Shown here piece after piece: positions 1 to 12,130 of a stretch of 64,000 nucleotides of DNA (its first letter is position 1; each line of letters opens with the position of its first letter). Position numbers and translations under genes: made by a program. Below the pieces are notes generated by a model. The model did not search any database. It was given only the letters and a program-made list of their open reading frames with translations, and was not told the origin of the DNA. This DNA comes from Narcine bancroftii. Its lineage: Eukaryota. The stretch is from the NCBI RefSeq assembly GCF_036971445.1, contig NC_091472.1, positions 204,538,001 to 204,602,000 of the forward strand, written 5' to 3'.

Positions 1-370
1 CTCTCTCTCTCTCTCTCTCTCTCAGAGACAACCACGACCCTCTTAGAACAGCCAACTGCACTCAGACAGATTGTGACTCTGGACCCAATCTTCCAAGTTC
101 GTTCATCTGTTGCTTTCCAAAACAATGATCCGTTACTCCACAGCATGTCCAATTAACACCTACTTGTGAAGTCCTTACAGGCATTCTTCAAAGTTTTTGC
201 AAAAGTGCCCGGAGCCTGGACTGTCTGGCTTGAGCCAAACTCTTGCATTTTAAATGAGGTCTGTTTGGAAGTGTTTGTATTTGTTTGTGATCTACACAAA
301 AAAACCTGCCACAATTTATCTCCTTTAAAACATATCTATAGACAATATAAAATATAACATAATCTGTCAC
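1..370 (-). mobile_element. Probable LTR fragment, truncated by the window start; contains (CT)n at 1-22
   Basis: Ends in ...ctgtcaca at 370 (TGTGACAG on - strand, an LTR-like start); no credible ORF. Confidence 0.3.
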
Positions 371-569
371 ACAATCATATTAAAAAGATTCCAGGCAGAA
401 TATAAGATTTATGATTCATAAAATATAAAATACACGCAAAGTAAGGTTGATTAAAATTGTCCCTTCATTTAATCCCTGCTTTAAAAAAAATCGGCAGGGA
501 TTAAATGAAACACTGGCACAATCTTCTAGAGCTCCAAAAATGCTATGCCTTTAGAAAAATTAATCGTGA

Positions 570-2500
570 TTATGTCCACAGGAGGGATAGACAGAATGGA
601 AAAGGAGTGGAGTAGCTCTGTTGGTTAGGGAAAAAGTGAATGCCATAGAAAGGAAGGACATCAGTGTTGAGGATGTGGAATCCATATGGGTAGAGCTGCG
701 AAACACAAAGGTGCAGAAGTTGCTAGTGGGAGTAGTGTACAGGCCGCCTAACAGTAGCAGTGAGGTTAGTGAAGGAGTCATGAAGGAAAATGGTAATGCG
801 TGCAACAAAGGGACAGCAGTTGTAATGGGTGACTTTAATCTACATGTAGATTGGATGAACCAAATTGGTAAGGGTAAGGTTGAACAAGATTTCTTAGAAT
901 GTATGTGGGATTGTTTTCTAAATCAGCATGTTGAGGAACCGACGAGGGAATGAGCCATTCTAGACTGGGTATTGAGTAATGGAGAAGGATTAATTAGCAA
1001 TCTTGTTGTGAGGAACCCCTTGGGCAAGAGTGACCACAATATAGTGGAATTCTTCATTAGGATGGAATGTGACAGAGTTGATATGGATACAAAGGTTTTG
1101 AACTTGAAGAGGGTTAACTTTGATGTTATGAGATGTGAATTGGCTAAAATAGATTGGCAAATGGTGCTTAAAGGACTAACGGTAGAAATGCAATGGCAAT
1201 CATTTAAGGATAGCTTGGAGCAAGTGCAGAAAATGTACATCCCAGTTTGTATGAAGAATAAATCGAGGAGGGTAGTGCATCCATGGCTAACAAGGGAGAT
1301 CTGAGAGAGTGTCAAATCCAAAGAAGGAGCTTACAAATTAGCCAAAAAGAATAATATCCCTGATGATTGGAAGAAATTCAGAGTTCTGCAGAGAAGGACA
1401 AAAGGATTAATTAAGAAAGGTAAAAGGGATTATGAGAGGAAGCTGGCAGGGACATAAAAAATAACTGTAAAAGCTTTTATAGATATGTTGAGAAAGAAGT
1501 TAGTTAAGACAAATGTGGGTCCGTTGCAGACAGAAACGGGTAAGTTGATCATGGGGAACAAGGGTATGGCAGACTGTTTGAATTACTATTTTAGTTCTGT
1601 CTTCACCAAGGAAGACATAACTAATCTACAGGAAATTATTGAGGATTGGAAATCTATTGTGATGGAGGGACTAGAGGAGAAGTTGTATTAGTTAAATTAC
1701 AGGGATTAAAGGCAGATAAATCCCCGGGGCCCGGATAGTCTGCATCCGAGATTGCTGAAGGAAGTAGCCCAGGAAATAGTGAATGCGTTGGATACTGGAT
1801 TAGTTCCTGAGGATTGGAGGGTGGCCAACGTAACCCCACTCTTTAAGAAGGGAGGGAGAGAGAAATCGGGAAACTACAGACCAGTTAGCCTGAAATCGGT
1901 AGTAGGGAAGGTGCTAGAATCAGTTATTAAAGATGAAATTGCAGTACATTTGGAAAGTAGTGGTATCATCGCACAGAGTCAGCATGGTTTTGTGAAGGGG
2001 AAATCATGTCTGATGAATCTATAGAGTTTTTTGAGGATGTAACCAGTAGAGTGGATAGGGGAGAACCAGTGGATGTGGTATATCTGGACTTTAGTAAGGT
2101 GTTTGATAAGGTTACACACAGAAGACTAGCGTATAAACTTAAAGAGTATGGTATAGGAGGTATGGATAGAGAATTGGTTGAGGGACAGGAAGCAAAGAGT
2201 AGGAATAAATGGATTATTTTCAGAATGGCAGCCAGTGATTAGTGGGGTACTGCAGGGCTCAGTGCTGGGTCCGCAGTTGTTTACGATATATATCAACGAC
2301 TTAGATGTGGGAATAGATCTCGAAATTTGCAGACGATATGAAATTGGGTGTCAGGGTTAGCATTGTGGAGGATGCTAGGAGAGTGCAGGGTGATTTGGTC
2401 AAGTTAGGTGAGTGGGCCAGGACGTGGCAGATGCAATATAATGTGGATAAATGCGAGGTTATCCACTTTAGAGGTAAGAACAGGAAAGAGGACTATTATC
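570..2500 (+). mobile_element. Degenerate CR1-clade LINE, endonuclease + reverse transcriptase fragments
   Basis: Broken ORFs with CR1 motifs GVVYRPPN, MGDFN, LGKSDHN, NYRPVSL, QHGFVKGKSC, YLDFSKVFDKV, QGSVLGPQLFTIYINDLD, WQMQYNVDKC. Confidence 0.92.
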
Positions 2501-4166
2501 TATTCTCACTGAACAGATTCTGCTTCACGCAGAACGGCGCGGCGTAAGGCTGTGCCCAGCAGCTAAACATTGTCCCTCAGCATCCCCTTTTTAACAGGAA
2601 ATTTACTTTCTCAAAGGAGAGTGGCAACCCGCTCCCCCAGAGGTGCACTTGATGGATCTAACCTCTCATCCCAACTAATGGGTGGTCCCAACAAAGACAG
2701 GGTATTGGCCAACATGCCAAACCCATCGCCTTTGGAAGTCCATTCCGGAATCAAGAACTGCTCAGGGCTCACCTCTTTCTTTTGGTGAAACATCTTGAGA
2801 CCAATCCTGCTCACAGCGCCAATTGTCCTGGGTAAAGTTGTACCTCTCACTTTGTTCGTTTTAGATTGGTCACAGTGTTTGAGCTACCGAAAGAAAACAG
2901 ACACACACACTGAGAGCACTTCAGTTTATACATATCTTTATTACTAAATCTAAAGCTGATTTCAAACTACAATATGCAAGCCGTTCCCAATTATACTTAT
3001 CAATGCCTGGACTGGTCCCATCTGCCGAAGTGAGGCAATGACCGCACACTTGTAGTAGGTTGTCGGGGTGCCAGTAGCAGTTTCTCCACCTCCCCCGACC
3101 GGGACATTGGTTGGACTCTAGAAGTTCTTCTTGTTGAGAGATGTTTCCACGCCTCAGAGAGTCTCAAACTTCAGCAGTGGGACCATATTGTGAGAGATGG
3201 GAAAACCGATCTAAAATTATGAACATGAAGGAAACTAAAATTCAGTACAAACAGGATGAGCTTGGGAATGGATGCAGGAAAGCAGAGTCAGCACGATTAA
3301 CATAAGAATCTTCTAGTCGCTGTGACCAGATCAATGAGCCACCATAAGACTAAGATAAGGAGTGGTAAGGAACAATACAATGTAGGAAGTTGAGGTAGTC
3401 TGGATCAGATAAGGGTCTCCTAGCCCTAGACAGAAGTACCAAGTTCTACATATCTAATTAGTTAACCTTACACAGGTTTACAAAGTTATACATATTAAAT
3501 TAGTCAACCCTAGACAGGATGAGCCAACTCTGCATACCAAGAGACTGTAGCTCCGAGAATCAGGAAGGTGTGAATAAGGACAATAACATGAAGGGACACC
3601 GACAGGATACCCCCTGGTCCTCCAAGTATACTGAAACTGCACGTAGGCAGGAAGGATTGCCTATGCCAAACCCATCCAGGGGGCAGAAGAATGTAAGGGG
3701 GAGGGTATTCTGATACTGAAATTTACTGTATAAAAGTTGGGTGAGTCCCAGTGTATGTGTGTATTCCCAGGGTAAGGGGAAGCACCCAACTTTGCATTGT
3801 TGTAATAAATGTTCTTTGTTCTCAATATTTGTCTCGAGCAATTTCTTTAAAGGTAATTCTGTTTCTAACAAAAGCTTATATTACCCAAAAATTGTTTACT
3901 CATAGCTTATCTCTTTGAATAAATGATTTAATTATCTTCAAGGTCTCCTGACAGTCTGCAACCAACAAAGGACAACTGCATCTCTGAGCCTCATGGTGGA
4001 AATTAGATAATGTCTACTGATTCATATGCATCCTGGGCCTCATAAGTGTAAATTAGATTATGTCTTCTGATTCAACTGGATCCCTAGACCCCATGGTGGA
4101 ATTTAGATTGTCTTCTGATGCAACTGCATCCCTTCTTGCATAAGCTGGTCTAAACCCTCCATTACA
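2500..4166 (-). mobile_element. Truncated LTR element: 5' LTR (~4166-2824, interrupted by a solo LTR), tRNA-Ser PBS, start of a gag-like leader
   Basis: + strand 2803-2821 AATCCTGCTCACAGCGCCA equals a tRNA-Ser 3' end with CCA, 2 nt from the LTR terminus at 2824; AATAAA on - strand near 2940; ~50-bp tandem repeats at 3970-4130 in the presumed U3. The 4166 boundary is a best guess. Confidence 0.65.
3189..3870 (+). mobile_element. Solo LTR nested in the opposite-strand LTR
   Basis: TGTGAGAG...TTTCTAACA termini, TATAAAA ~3729, AATAAA ~3804; no clean TSD. Confidence 0.6.
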
Positions 4167-4626
4167 CTTGGTATGGCCATTCACTGCAACAGAACTCCCA
4201 CCAGCCATCTTGGACCTCACCGTGCTGCTGAATCTAGAAGGGGAGTAGAGAGGGTGGGTCCGGACCTGTGAACCACCCCTACTCACCTAAATCCATTCTG
4301 TGGAGTGGGGTATCCTCATATGAAACCCCACCAACGTGGCCTGAAATGGCCTGTTACTGTGTTGTATGTCTAAATTAAAGATTGAAAATTAAAAGGTTGG
4401 CTACCCCTGCTTTAGGTCATGCACCGACTGAGTTGAGTCAGAATCCTGGAGGATCCTTGCCACATCATAACAGGAACATTTTCATCACTTTGTGGCATGG
4501 ACAATACATGGCAGTTCCATCAGTGATGTCCACACCACATTAATGATGGCAAAGACTTCTGAAGTAAACCATTACCATCTGAGAAGGTGCTTGAGATCTC
4601 CCTGGATCAGAAAGGATGCTATAAAT

Positions 4627-4999
4627 CAGTGGTTTTCAAACTGCCCCCCAAGCTCACATTCCACCTTAAGTATTCCCTCTGCCATCAGTACTCTGTGATT
4701 AGTAAGGGATTGCATAAGATGAGATGTGGGTGGGAAGAAAAAGTTTGAAAACCACTGTTTTAATCGTCCCTAATGCACTCGTTATGTGCATGTTTCAGAA
4801 CTCCAAAGGAAATGGGCCAAATGACAATATTTCTCAAGCAAAATATTTCAGTGACAATCGGGTCTAGAACAATGGTTCTCAACCTTCCCTTCCCACTCAC
4901 ATCCCACCTCAAGCAATCCCTTACTACTCACAGAGCACCATGGCATAAGGATTGCTTAAGGTGGAATGTGAGTTTAGGGGGGCAGTTTGAAAACCACAG
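4627..4999. mobile_element. hAT (Charlie-like) MITE, palindromic family, copy 1
   Basis: TIRs CAGTGGTTTTCAAACTGCCCCC / GGGGGCAGTTTGAAAACCACAG; 8-bp TSD CTATAAAT/CTGTAAAT (7/8). Confidence 0.85.
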
Positions 5000-7819
5000 C
5001 TGTAAATGAAAGGCTTTTTCTCTTCAAAGGCCAGGGATGAATTATGAGGTCAGAAGGATAAAAATTAAAGGCTCAGGTTCAGTTCTTAATTATTTTGGAG
5101 AAGCAGAATTTGATGATTACGGAGAGTGTTTCTCTCCCTCCACCTCCAAAACTGGTTGAGATGTAAGCAGAAAGCTGTTGAGTGTGTGTCAAAAATTATT
5201 TGTGTGGAATCATTTGTCTGGAAAGAGTCATAATATTGCTGAGCTTTTTTTCTCTTTTTAAAATATTTTTATTAATTTTAATAACAATAAATTCGTATAG
5301 TACAATTATGGAGTGTGCCACAGAAAAAAGATTTTAAAAACCCTGATCATACAAATGAATTCCACAGCACAGCCAGAATAAAGAAAGGACATAATAAATT
5401 TAAATTTTGCAAAACCCCTAAACCCCGGTTATATCTAAAATATAGTAATCAATGAAAATAAGAGAAAAAAATCTTTAATCAAAACCCCTTCCATTTGACA
5501 AGGCTATAAAAAGAACCCCTAGCTGGTGGGTATCGAGCGACGATCACTTGGAACCCGACAACACAACATCGAGGTTTAGAACAGTCTTCAAACTTTAGAT
5601 TGGGGCCCCATGTCTTTGAAATAAAATGACTACGTGAATCTTTGATGACGCACGCCAGTTTTTTTTTCTAACCTTAAACAAGACGCAATGTTGTGGCGGC
5701 TTACCCACGCGGCAAGCAACCCGACTCCGCAGCCAGCCGCATTCACAAGGGACTCTCAGTGCGGGGCAAAGCTTCGGCAACACTGCTCAACCCAGCGGGT
5801 TTCTTTCGCTTGACCCAGCCACAATATCATTGAACCGCCGGATGTGTGTGTGGAAGGGTTCAATGATATTAAGTCTGGTTTAAGCTTAGAAATGGAGTGC
5901 AATCTTTCCATTTGATCCATGGCTGGCTCTCAATGAAGTCAAAGATGAAATTTGGCTTCGAGATAAGTCGATCATCATCAGATAAACAGAGCATTTTTTA
6001 CACAAATATTAAAGAACTGAAAGAATGAAAAACATTCAGAACAAAGTGCCCCTTCTGACCAGCTCATTTAATTTATATTTTATGGAAGATGAAAGGTTGA
6101 CTTGCATTGTTGGATACTGTCCAAACTGGTCAAAGTGAGGATCTGCTCAGTGAGTTCAAAGACCCTCCGCCCTTTTGTGCATTTTCCCGTCTGGTCAGAG
6201 CAAGGGATGCAATGCCGTGAGATCGTTTTGTCTGCCCAAAAAAACCTTGAATTTGACAAACTTGGGTTGTTGTCCCTGAATCCCTGGAGCATCAGAGGCT
6301 GATAGAAGTTTATAAAATCTTGGGAGGCATTGACAAGGTCGGCAGTCAGAATGTGTTCCCATTCGATCAGATGCACAGGAGGGGACGTGGGGGTGAATTT
6401 GTAGACACAGCAGTGGTCAGTTCCTGGAACTGGATACCAGGCGTAGTGGTGGGAGAGGGGAGAGAGGAAGGTGGATGGGCAAGGGTGTGTATCATGTCCA
6501 AGCAGCCGCGTTTGACTTTTTTATATATAACATGGTTGGCGCAGAGAGCCGGTTCCTGCGCTGTGCTCTGTGTTCAGTCTCCCAACCGATCAACTGAAAA
6601 TTGCCACCATTGCCGAGAACTCGATTGGGGTTACTGCTTTCGTGCGGTTTCACACATGCACTGGGTGGGGCTGTAAACAAATGAGCTGTTTACGGCCACC
6701 TCGGCCCTTTATCAACTGCAGCAGTGTCCTCTCCCTGCTCCACGGTGACGCCTGAACGCGCTCAGACAAAACTGGAAGGAATCAGAGTTTTGGAATTATT
6801 TCGTTCGAAGGCCTTACATCTCGTTTTTTTTTAATTTCATTTTTCTAAAAAAAGCTGCTTCACTAGGACGTGAGACGAAGGTAATTAGGAAGTTTCATGA
6901 ATTAAGTTCGTTCACGAATAATGCTTGGTCCAGGTTTATGGGCAATTCTATTCCGTTTACGTTGCGGTCTTTCACTGTTTGTTCCGAGTGGTCCGTCGGG
7001 ATTTGCTGGGAGCTTCGTCCGTTGATGTTACGAAATCGATTTTTAAAGATTGATCATCGATTTCGGGACAATTGAGCGCCGAGTTTGGGGAAATGGTAAA
7101 GTCTGTCGGACACCATCGAGCCCCGAAGGAACGAATGTGGGGATCCGCCGGAATCCAGTCGCTCGACGCAGCGCAAACTCCCCGTGCGTTCACATCAACC
7201 CCGGGGGCGGGCGGGCGGGTGGGGGGTGGGGAGTGGAGAGAGTCCCAACGCGGCGTAAAGGGTCGAAAAGAGCAGATGAATGCAATATGCAAGCAGCTGC
7301 AGACTGGCTGTCAGGGGCCATTCTACCCACTATGAAACGATCTTTGTTCGGGTTTGGTATATACTTGTCCTGCATGCGTGCTGTCTGCTGTCCGGCTGCA
7401 TGTTGTTGTCCCGTGGAGCGGAGAACGCAGTTTCGTCGGGTTGTACATGTGCCATCGGGTGCCAATAAAGGTGACTAACTGAAAACAAGAACGGTGCATT
7501 TCTCTTGTGTGCGTTGGCCAGTGGAATCAGGTAAAAACCACAAACGCTGGAGAAACTCAAACAGCAAGGCCCAGGGACATTTCCAGTTTGAGCCATTCAT
7601 CCCTTGATGCCCGAATCGTTGGTTATGTATCTTTGCAGGCCTAATTTCTCCAGCCTTTTGCTTTACTTCAGTCACTGCCACTGCAGACTTTCGTGTTTCA
7701 CGCCTGAAATATGATAGGTCATTATGTTTCTCCCGTGCTGTAGCACTTTGGGTCACATATATGCCGTCATGTGCTGAGCGCAGTGCCCAAGTAATGCTTC
7801 ACCTCTCTTCTTTTTCGTG

Positions 7820-7950
7820 CGCCCACCCCTCTTCTCCAGGTGGCGACTGATAAGGAAGCAGCTGGGTTCTTGTTAGCAGAGTCCGGCTGCCTGACAGGGT
7901 GGTGGGAGCAGATGCAGCAGTGAAATCCGCCTGAGAAGGAAGGGTCAGTG
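7820..7950 (+). promoter_or_regulatory. GP1BB: Candidate GP1BB promoter or 5' exon with a thrombocyte-type motif cluster
   Basis: CACCC box ~7824, E-box CAGGTG 7837, GATA TGATAA 7848-7853 abutting ETS AGGAAG, E-box CAGCTG 7859; possible donor AGG|GTCAGT at 7943/7944. Confidence 0.5.
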
Positions 7951-8109
7951 AGGAAATCGCAGGGGCTCACGGTGCGTTGGCAAACTTTAAAAAAGAAGGC
8001 ACGGTTACGCTCGGCCGATTCGTTTCTTTCCACCCTGAATCGTTGTGATTCCGTTTGCTTCTAGCATCGTAAAGATCAATATCTTTCACCTCAGCCTCCA
8101 ATTCACGGT

Positions 8110-9290
8110 GTATCTATGGCAAAAGCTCTCCCCTTTCTCGGATTCTCTGACTCCATCTGGAGAAACAAGCTCTCTGCAGATTGTTTCTTCAAACCTCCCA
8201 ACTCCCACAGCCTTGAGGGCACCTCAGAACATTGTGGCTCCCGTAAGGATTCCATTCCTTTCTCTCTAACCCTTCACCTCCGTCCCACCTGCTCCAAGGA
8301 CAGGTCTTCCATTCCAGATTATCCAAAATGCCCCCCTTCTTCAAACGATGCGGTTTCCCATCTTCTGCCATCTCTTCAATTTCCCACACATCTTCTCTGA
8401 CCCTCTTTGCCCCGAGACCCACCAAGGTGAGGATTCCCCATGACCTCACCAGCCAACCCACCAGCTTCTGCTGCCAATATGATCCCACCTCCGTACACAT
8501 CTTACCCTCCCCTTCCCCTCTCTGCTTGCTTGCAGGCACTGCTCCCTCCCGGACTCCCCTTTCCGCTAATAGCCCCCCTCAGGATCTACTGCTGTGACCA
8601 CAAGAAATGCTACTCTTGTACCCCATCCCCTCCATCACCACCATTCGGGACCCTGAACAGCCTCCCAGGTGAAGCCACGCTTCACGTGAATTTGCAGGGG
8701 TCATCTACTGCATCTGGTGCTCCCATTGTGACCTCCTCTCTGTCTGAGAGGCTGCATGCAGTCAGGGAGATTGTTTAGTTGAGCACCTCTGTAGCAATAA
8801 CTGGGTCCTCCCAGTGGCCAACCATTGTACTTCCACACTCCATTCCCACACTGACATGTTCACTGCCTAATTGAGACTACCCATAAATTAGAAGAAAAAC
8901 GCCTAATACTCCCATCTGGCCACTCTGCAGCCATATGGTATTAATATCGACATTTCCAGTTTCCATTGCACCCCTCCCCTGAGTCCCTCTCTTTCCCCAC
9001 CCCTATGTCTTCTTTCTTCCCTCTCCCCACCCCTTCCCTTCCCTCTCCTTTCAGAGAGCAACACTCTCCCACATCATTTCTCAGCCTGTTTTACACTCCA
9101 CTCCACCCACCCACCCATGACCTGCACTTCTCTCCCTGCCCCTTCCTCCCTCTTCTACTCTCCACCACCTCCCTCCCCCCATTCCTCCTTTTTAGTCAGA
9201 TGCCCACCAACTCATTCCTTAAGGTTTCAGGCCTGAAACATTAGTTCCCCTTTGATGCTGCTGGGTTTGTCCAGGACCTTGGTGTACTGC
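8110..9290 (+). mobile_element. Penelope-like element fragment (RT C-terminus + GIY-YIG)
   Basis: LPFLG..., FKPPNSHS, KDSIPFS, FKRCGFP; GVIYCIWCSHC-type GIY-YIG remnant ~8700; pyrimidine-rich 3' end. Confidence 0.8.
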
Positions 9291-9664
9291 ATTGCAGGGT
9301 TTCCTGTTTAACTCCATAAGGTGGCAGCATCCAGGTTCCATCCTTCCTTTCCTCGAGAAAGAAGGAGCAATACCAATGGGTGTGTGCACAGGGATTACAA
9401 TTCATGGCATATGGTAAGTCCATGCTGTTAGATAGAAGCTGTTCTATAAACAGCAGGATTTGGAATAAAGGACTTGGATTTTAAGTGCAACCCTCCATGT
9501 CTAACTGATTGGCAGACCATCAAGAGCGCTTTTGAAATGTAGGGGGAGGGAGCAGGAAGTGAATGTCAGATTGTGTACGTCTATCTCCCACCAACAGCAA
9601 TGGTTTGTCCGTTTCAACACAAAACACAGTTGGCTCCTCAGCCCCTCGCACCATTCAAATGGAT

Positions 9665-10075
9665 CATGACTCCAAAGGAAATGGGCCAATGACAATTTTT
9701 CTCAAGCAAAATATTTCAGTAAAAATCGGGTCTAGAGCAGTGGTTCTCAACCTTTTTCTCTCCATTCTCATCCCACTGTAAGTAATCCCTCTGCCGTTCG
9801 GTGATCTGTGATTAGTAAGGGGTATGTGAGTGGGAAGGGAAGGTTGAGAATCACTGCTCTAGACCCGACTGTTACTGAAATGTTTTGCTTGAGAAAATTG
9901 TCATTGGCCCATTTCCTTTGGAGAAATGAAACCGTGCACATAATGAGTCAATCAAGTACAATTAAAACAGTTGTTTTCAAACTTTTTCTTCCCACCCACA
10001 TCCCATCTCAAGCAATCCTTTCATTATCACAGAATACCGATGGCACAAGTGTTACTTAAAATGGGATGTGAGGAC
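9665..10075. mobile_element. Palindromic hAT MITE family, partial copy just upstream of the GP1BB acceptor
   Basis: Shares CTCCAAAGGAAATGGGCCAATGACAATTTTTCTCAAGCAAAATATTTCAG and the hairpin module with other copies. Confidence 0.8.
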
Positions 10076-10146
10076 ATCCCCGCCTCCCAATCCGCCGCAC
10101 CGCCCTAACTCCCACTCTCTCTCCTGCCTCTTCCCAGGTTATAACA

Positions 10147-10704
10147 ATGGCGAGACGCCAAGGGTTGTTCCTTGTCCTTCTTTCCATGCTTCCGGCGGCG
10201 GTGTTCCAGTGTCCAGAAAGGTGCAGATGCTCGGGGACCATGGTAGACTGCAGCGGCCAGGAGTTGACTGCCAGCACGATTCCCCGGCGTTTCCCGCCCG
10301 CCACCCGCCAAATCCAACTGAGCCACAACAAACTCTCCACCATCCCCAACGGGCTCTTCGACTCGCTGCGTGACCTCGAGTCCGTGACCTTGGACAATAA
10401 CCCGTGGGCATGCGACTGTAATATTCAATACTTGAGATCGTGGCTTCTCAAGCAGGACGATAAGTCCCAATACAAACACCTAAACTGTTCCTCGCCCGCG
10501 GCGCTGCAGGACAGACGGATCTTGTATCTCACCGAGGACGAGGTTATCTCCACCTGCGATGGCTGGTACTGTAACTTTTTTCTAATATGTCAGACCTTAC
10601 TTTTTGTCTTAATCGTTATCCAGGGTATTGTTGTGATATTCATTGTGATGTATCTCCGGAGATTTGAGGCTATTTCGCAAGAGGCGATTCGACCAGCCAA
10701 GTAA
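10147..10704 (+). CDS. GP1BB: Glycoprotein Ib beta chain (185 aa), main coding exon
   Basis: Signal peptide; LRRNT CPERCRCSGTMVDCS; single LRR; LRRCT NPWACDC..YLRSWL; GP1BB-type YKHLNCSSPAALQDRRILYLTEDE..C....C; TM helix; branch point CCCTAAC ~10103 and acceptor TTCCCAG|G at 10137. Confidence 0.93.
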   Translation: MARRQGLFLVLLSMLPAAVFQCPERCRCSGTMVDCSGQELTASTIPRRFPPATRQIQLSHNKLSTIPNGLFDSLRDLESVTLDNNPWACDCNIQYLRSWLLKQDDKSQYKHLNCSSPAALQDRRILYLTEDEVISTCDGWYCNFFLICQTLLFVLIVIQGIVVIFIVMYLRRFEAISQEAIRPAK

Positions 10705-10757
10705 AGTCAGGCTCATGTGCAACTCTCTGAATTGAACACACGGAAGTTCTTCCTGGT

Positions 10758-10845
10758 ATCTCTCTCTCTCTCTCTCTCTCCTCCCCCCCCCCCCCCTCTC
10801 TCTCCCTCCCTCCCCCCCTCTCTCTCTCTCTCTCTCTCCCTCTCT
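10758..10845. repeat. (CT)n / poly-C microsatellite in the GP1BB 3' UTR
   Basis: Direct observation. Confidence 0.9.
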
Positions 10846-11762
10846 ATGCTCGTGTTTTAAATACGTCGATGGGGAATTACAGCAAGGTTGTTCCGTTGAT
10901 CACTTCCCCGGAAATTTCAAGCAGTTGCCAGCGTTCATGATGCAGGTGTGAAAAGCTGAAATCCACACTCTCGAGTTGCCATCGGGTACTTTAATGTTAC
11001 TACGTCGGTGAACGTCTTACTGCAGGTGAAAGACTTTAAAATTCAAGTTTCAAATAACTCGACGGTTAAGGAAGAGTTGGGACTTCGTTTAGTTCGACGA
11101 ATCCAAAGTGCATCGAGCTTTAGACAAGAAATCACGCCTGATGGATCTGAGAAAGATCTCAAGAATTAAGCTTCATTGTCGGAATGAAATTCCTTTGCGA
11201 AGAAACTAACATCGTGTGTCTTCTAAAGTTATCTAAAGCAGGATCAGTATTGAGATATCTTTATGTTAATCTCTCGAAATGAACAATAATAATCCGAAGC
11301 AACGATTCTTTCCTGTTGTGCTTAACCCAACAAAAATAAAAGGAAATTCACCGGAGACCTGCGTCTGTCTGTGGGGAGAAGCGGAGTTAAGGATTCAGGT
11401 CAATGGCAGTTGAGATGAACGTGCTCTCCCGCTTTGGCTGCTCGGGTGCAACCCAGCTTTTGCGGTTTTACTTCAGACATCCAACATCTGCATTTGTACC
11501 GAAATCATGACGTTGATTCTGTTGTTCAATATCAATAAAACCTCGTCATTTGGAAATGGAGACATTGTTCAATTATTGGGAACTATTGTAATTGCAGTGG
11601 GAAGACATTGATTAAAATACTTTAAAATCAATTAAATAAATTAAAATTGACTAAAGATCTAACGGTTTGCTGTGATTATTATGACTGGTTCGTGATAAAG
11701 CCAACCCCACTGCAGATAAAATTCACCTCACATAAAAACGAATCTCGATCAATACGATAGAC

Positions 11763-12130
11763 CAGGGGTTCTCAACCTTTTTCTCTCCACTCACGTCCCA
11801 CTTTAAGTCATCCTTCCGCCATCAGTGCTCTGTGATTAGTAAGGGATTGCTTAAGGTGGGATGTGGGTGGGAAGGGAAGGCTGAGAGCCACTGCTCTATT
11901 TCAGTTGTTACTGAAATATTTTGCATGAGAAAAATTGTCATTGGCCCATTTCCTTTGGAGTTCTGAAACCGGGCACATAACGAGTCAATGAGGGACGATG
12001 AAAACAGGTTTTTCAAACTTTTTCTTTCCACTCACATCCCACCTTAAGCAATCCTTTACTAATCCCAGAACACCTGTGCCATAGGGATTACTTAAAATGG
12101 GATGTGAGTGGAAATAAAATTTGAAAATAA
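11763..12130. mobile_element. Palindromic hAT MITE family copy
   Basis: Starts CAGGGGTTCTCAACC; same hairpin-spacer-hairpin modules. Confidence 0.8.

Noticed and set aside
2803-2821. tRNA gene
   Set aside because: Only the 3' 19 nt with encoded CCA next to an LTR end; it is a primer-binding site
6900-7600. Overlapping ORFs or SEPT5 last exon upstream of GP1BB
   Set aside because: No septin motifs or recognisable protein; ORFs reflect GC-rich sequence
10147-10704. GP9 identity for the LRR membrane protein
   Set aside because: CSGTxVDC, ..IPxxFP and YLTEDE..C....C match GP1BB; the GP9-type LRRNT insertion is absent
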